DNA of 64,000 nucleotides from Oopsacas minuta (lineage: Eukaryota; Animalia; Porifera), in NCBI GenBank assembly GCA_024704765.1, contig JAKMXF010000307.1, positions 124,001-188,000 on the forward strand, in the 5' to 3' direction. The notes beneath the pieces are model-generated. The model had not been told where the DNA came from, ran no database searches, and saw nothing but the letters and a program-made list of their open reading frames with translations. A program made the position numbers and the translations under genes. Shown here one piece after another: positions 37,111-48,402 of the stretch (positions are counted from its first letter, which is position 1; every line of letters starts with the position of its first letter).

Positions 37111-40100
37111 CACAGTGGTTTAGAAGCAAAGAATAGACAAAAAATTGATTCCGTATTTGATGGTTTCTTTTCATTTTATATTGTTTAAATGATTCTCATT
37201 TAAAATATCTAAGCGATTGAGAACCTAGAAGCTGTGAAATTTCTTTATCAAAGATGCAAAATATTTATAGGAAAATTGCGGCTACATGATCTCCAAATTT
37301 AGTCACAATTTCAAATGAACCTGTAAGAGCAATTACATAATTGAATGTTACTAATCTGGTATACTTTATATATTTCGACTATGCTAATTCTAAATATCTT
37401 GTTTCCATGACCGTATCTTGTATATATTTCGTGAACATAAGATTTCTAAAATCTAGTAAAATCCATACAGAATTTTTACAAAGAGGAATACTTAAAGTGT
37501 CAGGAAAAATAAACAACACAAAACAACAGCGCAAAATGAATCGAATACACGCATTACGATTCCTAAAAACGTAATCTACAACCACAAAACCCGAAACAGT
37601 GCGCAACCTATAATTTTCAATGACATTCCATTACAACTTTTCGTTGCTAGGAAATTCTCATTGTAGCATACTGCAACAATGGAATGAAATAGTATTGAAT
37701 TTCGTTCTTGAAATTTATTATAGTGACTTATATATATAATCTACTGAATAATACAACATATTTTTCGGAATTTCTTGAAAACAATGACAGAAAATTTAAC
37801 TTTCCCAAAGTTCCGCCTCGAATTGGCAAGGATCCTGAAAGACAATAATAATTGTATCTTGAAAACGACAAAATATTTCAAAGAACACTTTGAAATAGAC
37901 TCTGATAATACGAAACTCTTGGAAACGTTGCTGTTAAGAATTCGGGACAGATTCAAGAAGGCGAAGAGATCTTTAGATTGTTTAGAAGGAGAATGGTGGC
38001 ATTCTAACATTTCCATGAAACCTGAGTTAAAGAAAAATCGTGTTTCTGATTTACTAGAGTCGTCTTCTGATGATGGTGAAGTTCCCATTCATTCAGTGAG
38101 TCATAGAAAGCATCTTGATGATCTCTCTCTGCAACAACAGCGCACTCGATTGTCAAGCCTGCTAGAATGCATTAAATCACTCTCAGTTATTGAGAATACT
38201 ACATAAATAAGCATTGCAGCGCTCTCATTACAACTATTGGCACATGAGGAGAATAATCGTCAGGTTGCTACGGTAGCCAAAGAGATTATTGTCAGTGGAG
38301 GATTCTGTAACCTCAGTAGCAAGCATGTTCCAGTTGATAAAGCCTTATTCCTGCTGGATTTACTTGAAGTGGGCAGACGAAAATGCACTCAACTACGTCA
38401 AACACTTCCACCAGACAATATACATTTCCCATCCTACAGCAAGCTAGCTAATCTGAGAGATGTCATGATTTCGCGATCCAGTATAACTTTATATCCTAAT
38501 CCAGCTAAACCAATAGGTATACACGCACCATATTGTTTTCAAGTTCAGAAAACCCTGGAAAGAATATTATCAATGGTAGATCGCCCCACAAGTGAAGAAT
38601 TCCCATTCACATTTAAAATCGTAGATGGCTTAGATGGTTCTGGTTGTCACACTATCTACAACCAGCAGACAACTAATACTTTCACCAAAAACTTCATTCT
38701 GTTTTGTTTCAAGCCCATCTCCATCCACACTGTAACAAACAGGATTGTTTGGCAGAATAAATCCCCTAATTCATCCTTCTCTCAAAAGACCTATTTTTCT
38801 CTGCGCTGCAACAGAATGCGAAGAAAATATCCGTTCCTTCATGGAGACTATGATTAATCCCGATACAGCGATGTTGCAAAATGGGATTCCTTTAGAAAAT
38901 GGTGTTGTTAATGTCGATATTATCCGCTCAATGTTTGATGGGAAGATGGCAGCCATTCCCTCTGGAGCTGGAGGAGCCAGTTGTCAGATGTGCACTGCCA
39001 CACATAAAAATTTGAAGGACCGGAATTTAGTTCTTGAAGGGGTTCCCCATCAACAGAAATATCACAGATGCAATCGAGTTATTTTCGCACATTGATGACA
39101 TTGAGTCATTCTTTGCTCTTTCGACTAATGAACGCTACTATTTAACTCATCAACCAATTTCAGAGATTAACATACATCCAGCATCTCCACTTCATTCATA
39201 CACAGGCGTATTTAGGTAAGTAATCTAGTACTCCATTAATCATTCAGAATTTGTCTTCACATAAATAAACCAATTTTAGGTCGTTCAATTTGCTGGTATA
39301 TCATCTTCGCATCGAAAAGTTTACCTGGTCCCCAACTTCACCAATTATCAAGGAGTCAATGAAATTCCTTCAAACATTTATTCAGGAGAAGACAGGATTA
39401 AAGGTTGACCAGCCTAATTCTAGCGGTGGAACCACCTCAACAGGGAATGTTGCTAGAATAGCCTTTTCTGATGAAACTGAATACCTTGAATGCATTCTAT
39501 CAACTGTAGCAATACAATATCGCCCAATCTTATCAAAGATACATACTCAGCTTTCAGCCATTCTTCGGGTTTTTAATTCAAGTCACAAGGTCAACACTTT
39601 GGAATTGGGGAAGTGGTGCAAGGATACCTACCTTGTCATCTTAGATTCTTCCCCATGGGCTACCATGACTCCAACCCTGCACAAGCTCTTGGCCCATTCC
39701 GAGGAGTTAATACGTGAGTCGAATTCTATCTATGGCTTAAAGGCATTATCAGAAGAAGGCACAGAATCATGCAACAAATTAGTTAGAAAATATCGGAAGA
39801 ATTTAGCTCGTAAAATTAGTTTTGAGACCAATATTATGAATATTTTCGTTAGATTAACTTCTCAAAGTGATCCAACCTTAGTAAACTATCGAAAAATTTG
39901 ACTTGTGAACGATGTGGTCAATCTGGACACACAACGAGATCTAAATGCTGCAATGCTATGAACAATCAAAAAACTAGCATACAGACTTTATTCACGACTT
40001 TAACCTCCAATACAGATTGCCTATCATGAATTTAAGTATAAATATAATGTATATTTTGTAAATCAATAAGATAAATTCCATCATAAGTGTGATGTCATAA

Positions 40101-40420
40101 TTCTGAAGACGTCATAACTCTATAAATACAAGCCCTACAACAAAATTTTAAGTTCAAGGTGATTGCCAAATACGGATCACTCATATGTAATCAATAGATT
40201 TCATGTCGATAAAGTCGAGTAAAATGTATTTATTGAAGAAAATTAAAAATTTCACATATATCAATGACGTTATAACTTGGAAATTTTAGGCCATATACTT
40301 GTTATGACAAGCTGTATTGGTTCCTTATATATAATAATCTATATGTAAATAATACATTTCATATGGCTATCTCACACCAAAATAGCTATTCTTTACTAAC
40401 TGCCCTATTAAACCACTGTG
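37111..40420 (+). mobile_element. RAG1-like (Transib/RAG1L-type) DNA transposon, copy C, family 2, complete ends
   Basis: ctcct|CACAGTGGTTTA ... TAAACCACTGTG|ctcct, giving a 12-bp TIR with the RSS heptamer and a perfect 5-bp TSD (37106-37110 / 40421-40425). Confidence 0.93.
37775..40029 (+). pseudogene. RAG1-core-like transposase with NBD-like region, one intron and a CxxC-GH-C C-terminal tail (copy C), a few frameshifts/stops
   Basis: RKHLDDLSLQQQRTRL (NBD-like), KIVDGLDGSG (D, 38633), RSMFDGKM (D, 38937), ASCQMCTAT, SPLHSY, TMTPTLHKLLAH, LSEEGTESCNKLVRKYRKNLARK (E, 39764). Intron 39216-39279. Tail TCERCGQSGHTTRSKCC at 39901-39951. Confidence 0.9.
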
Positions 40421-43400
40421 CTCCTTCTGTGTCCAATGTTTTTCACATGCTCTGCTGTCCCGCATGCACAGATAACATGGAAATTTAATGTATCCTTTTT
40501 GCTGACCTAGCAAAAAACTAACCATTTTGAGGTCAACAGAAATGATCCAGTTGTGATCATGATATCCGAGTAAATTCATAACAATTCTAATGTAATCATG
40601 CTGTTCCTTCAAGATAGTGGAGTGACCAACTGGAACAGCTCCATAAATATTTCCATTGTGTAGAATAACACACTTGAGGCTGCGCTTGGAACTTTCCAAA
40701 AACAATCTCCATTCCCCTGGATCATATGAGGAGATACCCAGTTGTCCGAGAAGACCAGGAATATCGTTGCAATATGCCAGCTTATTTTCCATGAAAAATA
40801 GGGTAGAAGTTCTTCTCTTTTTCGAAAAAAGGAAACCTTTACAGTTCGATCCAGCAACTGTTTTTCTTTGAGCGTGGAGGCTAAGAGCTCAACTGCTTGT
40901 TTGGGCAGATCTAAATCACGTACTAAGTCATTCAGTTCTGATTGATTAAACTGCTGGACAGTTACTCTAGTTTCACAAGAAGGATCTTCAGATTCTGATT
41001 CTGTATCTATTTTTGATATTCCATTTCTACGATCTCTTCCCTTTCCAATTCAGTTTCTTCATCATCAGGAAAAGCAAAACCACTAAAAACCGGAGGAGGA
41101 AGTCTATCAGAGTGCGGGACAGGTCGTATAGCTGATGGTATACTAGGATGAGAAAGCGTTTGTCGGCTCTTCTTGCCAACACCTTTTGCATTGACCATGC
41201 AAAAGTAGCAGCCAGTCGTGTGGTCTTGGGGTTCACACCACAACCATCGGAATGGCAAAAGGCAGACCCTTCCGCTTTCCCTTTGTCCAGTCTCGGAGCA
41301 TTTCTTAGCAGTTATGGCACACAATATGAGGAGGCCTTTTCTTATCTTGATCACCAAGAGTGATATCAAAGTATGCTATGTAGGCACGCTTCACAAATGA
41401 TGTTATATTTCGTCTTTGATGCGAAAGTGTGTCCACACCACAGATGTAACAAAATGAACCAGGGCATTTTGCATTTATGTCTACTAGAAGAAACCATGAT
41501 TAAATCTGAAGAGTTAAGAATCGAAATAAAGTCCTTTGATGCTATGTAACTTAACACAAACAAACTGAATAACAAAACCTTGGTTCTAATTAGGCTACCA
41601 GCAGACGAGCGGAAAAATAAAGCTTAAATGCATATTCTGCTGCATCTATCCACAACACTTCACTACAATCAAGTTTTCTAACTTTGTACTATTTCTTGTA
41701 TCTCGTGGAGTGACTAACTGCGAATGAATAACGAAATGGTCAACAGGCGTTAAAGGAGGTGGATAATAAAACAGGAATGCAGTATGGTGATAAAACTTGA
41801 TAACGTGGGGCTTTCAACAGAAAGCTTTGGGCTGATAAGCACAACTCATTGCGAACTTCTTCAAATGCGCTTAAATAGCAATCGACTACAACATGAAAGG
41901 TTCTATCTGAGACACTGTACCATGTTATAGACAAAACACAAACAAATAGCCTTAACTTTGAAAACCAGTTGAATAATCAGGCCTGCAAAATACTCATTTA
42001 GCACGTGCTCATCATTCAGCTATGACTAACAAATGTTCACAATGAATCCAGATGATGTATACAAAAAGAAAAATGGCTTGATAGATAAAAATGTATTTGG
42101 TGGAGATCAGATTTATGTACTAAATAAGCACCACAAACGAAAAAATTCAAATTGTCGAATGCACAATCCTAATGCATGCAGAAAGAAACTGATTGCAGAT
42201 TTGAAATCAGCATCCCAAATTATATAGAATCAGTTAAAAATCTCATGAGACAAAAAATGAAAAAAATGATGAGCAGTGTTATATTTCATTAGTTATTATT
42301 CCAATAGTTACTGAGATTTACGTACTTTTAGCATTAGATTCATAGTAAGAAACTTAGTAATATATTGCAGTATCATAGGAGTGATTAATTCAAGGAAATT
42401 ACATATTGTGGACCGGTGATCCTTTTTGTATAAATATATGGACCTTGACTGAAATCCTTTGGAAATCTATGCCCTATAGACTCTACAATTCCAATAGTTC
42501 AATTGATACCTCCTAGATCTATATATTTCGAGATAATGATGATTCCTGAATTTGTTGACTCAAAAACTGACGAGATGCCAGAAGTAGATGACTTGAAGAT
42601 AATGATGTCCTTAGAATGTTTGGAACTATATTTCACTCATATATATCATAAATTTATGATAAGTAACAATGAAATATTCTTGATAATTGTCGATTTTAGG
42701 AGACGAAATAGTTTGCTGATATGTTGTGTAATTATAAAATTGTTACTGAATTAAATTGGCTAATAGAATCACAGAAAAAATACATTGCGTAACCACTTTT
42801 GAGTATGCATTCTCAATTACAGATGGAACTTATCATATTAACTCAATAATATCTAAGCAATTTTTCAGATTTTGCATAAAAAGTACACGCATGTATAATT
42901 GATTAAGCTATAGATATCCATCAAAATTTTCCAAAAATAAATTCCAGAAATTCAAAAAGTATATTTTGAAAAACGTGCAGGACAAAAAAAAAGTATTATT
43001 CCACCCCAGCAACGAACATAACAGAGGATAATCCATGGAAAAACTAAATCTAAACAAATTCGCAAACTTGATTCTGGGGATACAAGTGGAAATTCAGTGC
43101 AGCAAAGTCGATTATTGACACCGAACAATCTTCCGATGAAGAAATAGTTCTCGAAGTATCACCTATAGAACCAACTAGTTCGCCATCAACTGATTGTTGC
43201 ATTTTCAGAAAAGGCACAAAAGAAAACCGCCTGCCCGGCGACTGCAAGCTTGGAAATATCAGATTGTTTGTATATACATCAGATATTTTGATATTTAAAT
43301 ACAATATTGTTAGGAATGAAATTTATCATATAAACACTATAATAATATGTTGTGTTTAACTTATCCTGAAATCACCTATGTATTACCACATTCGATGAAT

Positions 43401-44214
43401 TTAATGGACTAAATAAGCAGCATTTAGAAAATCTCGTCTTCGAGTAAAGACGGCTAAAATTTTAATAACTCTAAATTTATAGGTTAACCATTAATGAGCA
43501 GCAGCGTTAGTCTTTGCAAGCCTATTACCCACTTTGAAATGAACAAATCCGAATGTTTAGATAATTTTCTCTCCTCCAGTAGACGATCTAATAGCGCAAA
43601 CTACTAAATATTCTAATTAAATGGGAAACTTACAGGTAACAGATCTCTAGTTACAAAACATGATAAACATAGGGTTTTTGTATTAGTAGAAACATAGGTT
43701 GCTATAAATTCACTATTAGCAACATACATATTTGATAACTAAGTTTATATTGCCTAATGTCAAGACATAATATTTAGATTTAGATATATTTTAACGAATA
43801 TTACATGATTTATCTTAGTAGTCTTTCTCTAATTCTCTTACAACTATCCCAAAGTTTAGACTAAATCAATGACTATACACTATGCATATTCAAACACAAG
43901 TGCACAATAAAAAGTAATCAGGCAACTGTAAGTACTGAACCCTGGCGGATCCATCATTTTCGTTATAGCTAAGGAAAAGAACATCAATATTTTGTTTGCA
44001 TTTTCAAGAACAGAAAGCACATATGAACTAACATCGATATTTAGATACCATAATCATGTAATTCTAAGAAACCTTGACACCATAGTTTTGCTCAAGTCCA
44101 ATTTAGTATTCATGGTTGTAGCTTGGAAAAAGTGAAATTAGAGTTCCAAAAAATATAAAGAAATCGTGAAAAATTTTGTAGGTAGTTGAATTTCCACCAA
44201 GGAATTCCATAGTA

Positions 44215-45522
44215 CAGTGTGGCTCCAAAGTTCTGATACAAACAATTTTGTCTATAATATTTTTTCAGCATGACCTACATTATTGATTTTCTATATATAA
44301 TTAATACATACTATTAGGAAGATATTGCATAGTCATTTATTCAATATAACCACCCTTTTGGAAATGACAGGCTTGAGTCTGTTTGGGAATCCTTCTACTG
44401 CGGCACACAGAGTTTCTTGGGGTATCTTCTCCTATTCTCGAAACAAGGAAATCTTTAGAGAACTAACTGTGTTGTGTGACACAGAACAAGCCTTGATTTC
44501 CAAGATAGACCATACAGAATAGTCCATAGGATTTAAATCTGGATTGTATGGTGGCCATTCATCCTTGTGTACAAATTGGGAGTACTGTGCTTCATCCAAT
44601 CTTGGGTCGCATTGGCCGTATGGGTGGGAGCACCATCTTGTTGGAAGAAAAATAGCTGTCCAGAAAACATGGTCTGACTCAGACCATTTACCACAGACTC
44701 TAGTACAAGCTCTCGGTATGTTTTGGCACTGATTTTCACTTCTGGGTAATGAAAATCAGTGGTGTCCGGCCAACAGCGGAGGCCCCAGGCCAAACCATAA
44801 CCACAGCGATTTCTTGATCCGACTGATACATCCGAACTTATCGGGGATCGCTGAAACTGAGGTCGAGATGACTCTGTCGTTTTGGCTATTTGTAGCCTCT
44901 TCAATGGTGAAAATTTTCTCATCTGTGAACAGGATATTTTCGAGAAACCCAATAGCGTGTGGCGCAAGTAGGCTCTTGCTCCGGGATACTCTCTTTTCTT
45001 TCACCGACCCAGATAGGAATTGTACCTTTTTGCGTTTAAAAGAGCGCATTCCTAGGTCCCTTCTGACAACCCTTTGTATTGCTCGGCGAGATATATTGAG
45101 CTTCCAAGGCCATTTTCTTCATCGGACGGTGTGGGTTCCGCGGAAACCGTTCTCGCACCCCTTTCTTGAGACCTGGGTCGTTACAGATCATGGACGACAA
45201 GATCTCTGCTTGTCTACAGCGTCCCTAGTTTCCATATATCGATCTATCGTTCTGGAGATAAATGCCCTACGTCCTTTTGCAATATTCAGCAGTTTGAAAA
45301 TTTCAGATGGACTTTTCCTCGCTACATGCAACTCAATAATTGCTTACCTCTCAGACTCCATGGTCAATCACAATTTTTTTCGAAATAGAATACACCAAAT
45401 TGAAATAATATTCGTTAGGAAGCGTATAAGGTATGTCATGGAAGAGCAAACCATCGAGAATAATTCCTGATAATGGTTGTATATTAATCGTGATTTTGTA
45501 TCAGAACTTTGGAGCTACCCTG
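44215..45522 (-). mobile_element. maT-type (DD37D) element, degenerate; same family as 52727-54039
   Basis: TA|cagtgtggctccaaagttctgatacaaa ... tttgtatcagaactttggagctaccctg|CA. Contains LFTDEK, QQDGAP and WPPYNPDLNPMDY fragments. Confidence 0.9.
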
Positions 45523-48402
45523 CATTCTATACACTAAGGCAATGGCACTCAATTTAAATATTGGACCATGGATAACAATTACTCTGGGACTTTTCGGAAA
45601 GATATCTCGATGAGTCTACAGTGATTCATGATTTTATGAGTGAATATGATCATTTAATCAATTTCAAATTTGGCCACATAGGAATTTTGATACTGAACAA
45701 TACATTTAGTTTTGACTCATTTGCAAATTTCGCACCACATTAATTATGATACTAAAATACACACATTGTTCTAATGTACTCTTTGCATACTTACAATATA
45801 TTTTGGAAGAATTTACGGCAAATGATAAATTTCATTTTCTGAGATATTTGCATTAACAATATTTGACTGAAAAGTATTAAAATTTATCGCCTACAATGCT
45901 ATTAAATTGGTTATTTCAACGGCATATGCTAGAAATATATCCACTAGTGTATTTACCTCAATATAAGCATCTGAATATACTAAAATTAGTTATATCCTGT
46001 CATGCACACATCGCCAGATCAAAATTTAGTAACCACATTTTGATCACCCATTATTCGTAAAAACAATTTTTTACAATATTTCAAAAATATTTCAAATTAT
46101 TGTCACACTCAAATTCACATCTTGACTCAATTCAACGTCTATTAGCACATCATATTTGCTCTATTCTACCTCTATTTCCACTGTTGCCTAATTCTACTTC
46201 TACGATCTTCAACATGGCTTGTCATGTACCTGAATGTAGGTCAAACTACTACTATAAAGATGAATATATACGTCTTCTCCTTCCCTACTGACAATAAGAG
46301 TCGTGAGAAGTGGTTCCAAGCTATACCTCGACCGAGAAAGGACTATGAAATGAACAATCAATTGAGGATACGTTGTGAACTTGTAATAATGCTCTGAATT
46401 AACACCATACTCAATAGCTATCGGATTTTATTTCTTCAAGATCTGTACACATCATTTTCCTGGAGAAGACATCGAAAGGATCATACAATTCTTTGATGAA
46501 TGAAGATAATAAAGACGGAAAGGAAGAAAGTTCCTCTTAAGAAGTCCGCAGTCCCTACATCTTCCCCAACTGTCCTAGCTATCTGACTGACCCTACTGTT
46601 AGCTGTCAAAGACTATCTCTGGATGACAAGGAGGAAAGGAGGATACAGGAAACATGTCAAAGAAGTCTGCAGATTTTAAAGAAACTGAAGCTAAGTTTAC
46701 TATTTCTACTCTTAATTGTATCAATCCAAAGTTGAATCTTGTTGAACTTCCTTACGGCTGGATAATTTTTTGTCCCAATTCTGCCATCAAGTTTGTCTTA
46801 TGATACGATAATATAATACAATGATATAATGAGATTTCTCCAGTCAACTCAATAAGAATTCATGTAAACTTATGTTGCAAGGCTTTATATCAGGGAAAGC
46901 AAAATTACACTATCATGTCACTAAAATAACGATATTAGGTCATTAGAAAACATTATTCATGAAGTAGATATATTTGAAATGCAAAATGAGAACGTATTTT
47001 CTTCAGCCACCCCTTTGTTACAATACGTGAATTGTGCCATGAACAATATCGCAAATGCTGTTGATACATTAAATCCCACTCATTCAATGTCCGATTTAGA
47101 ACACGAAAACGATTCTATGATAATGCGTCTAAATTTTTTGCTCGATCAGTTGAAATATATAATCGTTGAGAATCATGTTGGCAGGTATAGCATTCTAACT
47201 CACGTCTTTTGTTTAAAAATCCACGGATTGTCACCAGCTTGGCATCGTCGTATTTAGGGTTTTAACTATATTATTTTCCACACGAGCGTAATTTGTTGAA
47301 AATCAAGAATAGTATTGGATTGGAGAGCGAGTAAACTAAAATTCTATGTGAGGTTGCTTCCACATTTAATGATTTAGAGCTTCATGTCGTACTTCAAATG
47401 GATGAAGTCTACATTCGGAGTGATGCGTCATATAAGAGGGGAAGGGTAATCAGATCGATTGACAATCCAGATGATACACGACTACTGTATTTTCTATGAT
47501 GGTTTCTAGTTTATCAACCAGATTCCCCTCTATTCGCCAGTTAATACCTTTAGGCTCTTCTTCTGCAGAAACTTTTTATCCTCTTGTTGAATCAACTATC
47601 TGTGATATTGAAGATTGTTGTCTGTTTGTCGTATCTGTGTATAGAGACAACTATCCACTCAATGTTCGATTAATCAAATGTTTTTCGCTGATTCGACACT
47701 GCGACCAAAAGTACACCACCCATGCAATCCAGAAACAAATTTGATTCTGTTATTTGATATTGTTCACATAATTAAATCCATCAGGAAAAAATTAATTAAA
47801 TTTGAAAAAATTGGATAATACATTCATTTTTCCGAAATTCGATGATTGCCATTTAAATGCCAATCCAGACCGAAATATAAGCGACTCAAATAAATCGTTT
47901 ACGTCTCAATTTCTCGTGCCAGCATTTCCACCATTCAGTTTACCTCTAGAATAAATTATTCCGAAATTTGCTATGTACCATTTGGAAATATCTGTAATTG
48001 GTTTAAATCTGATAGACGCAATATCTTGAAGCTAGCACCAAAATTAACAGCGAAATCTTGCTGGCCATCTAGGTTAAAACGACAAAATGTTATAGCGGCA
48101 TTGAAAATTTACCATGAAACAACATCAACTTGTCTATTAACTTGGAAAATGGAAAATTACACCTTTACATCAATCGAACTCTAGAATTTCTTGAATTAAC
48201 CAATAATGTGTGGGAAATATTTAATGTAAACTGGGTCGGAAAATATACGATTTAATGGCGAATATTAAGCTCCAATTTACCCCTCGGACTTTCATTAAAC
48301 ATTTTAGAACGTTCTCCTAACTGGTGGGTTAATCTGCCGTTTACATCTGGAAATTTAACTGCACAAACTTTTACCAGCTTTGACACACTTGTGACGCGTT
48401 AC

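Larger units (their letters stand above)
36067..42278 (-). mobile_element. Chapaev3-type DNA transposon (copy 2), split by RAG1-like element C
   Basis: tta|CACTGCT ... AGCAGTG|tta. Minus-strand fragments MVSSSRHKCK..FCYIC, WCEPQDHTTGCYFC, LFLESSKRSLKCVILHNGN, SVDLKMV, LHIKLVLMKQFVEAL, HFLYSHL, SGEQGERFHQDL. Confidence 0.8.

Noticed and set aside
37137-37145. ACAAAAAAT, a 7/9 match to the canonical RSS nonamer, 19 nt from the heptamer
   Set aside because: It occurs at only one of six ends, and A-tracts are common in this AT-rich DNA. The adjacent AAAGAATAG motif is the one conserved at both ends.
43050-43304. ORF with GRRFSFV as a candidate upstream kinase exon (glycine-rich loop)
   Set aside because: No VAIK or helix-C motif follows, the apparent donor phase (0) does not match the phase-2 acceptor at 32768, and the opposite strand is equally open.
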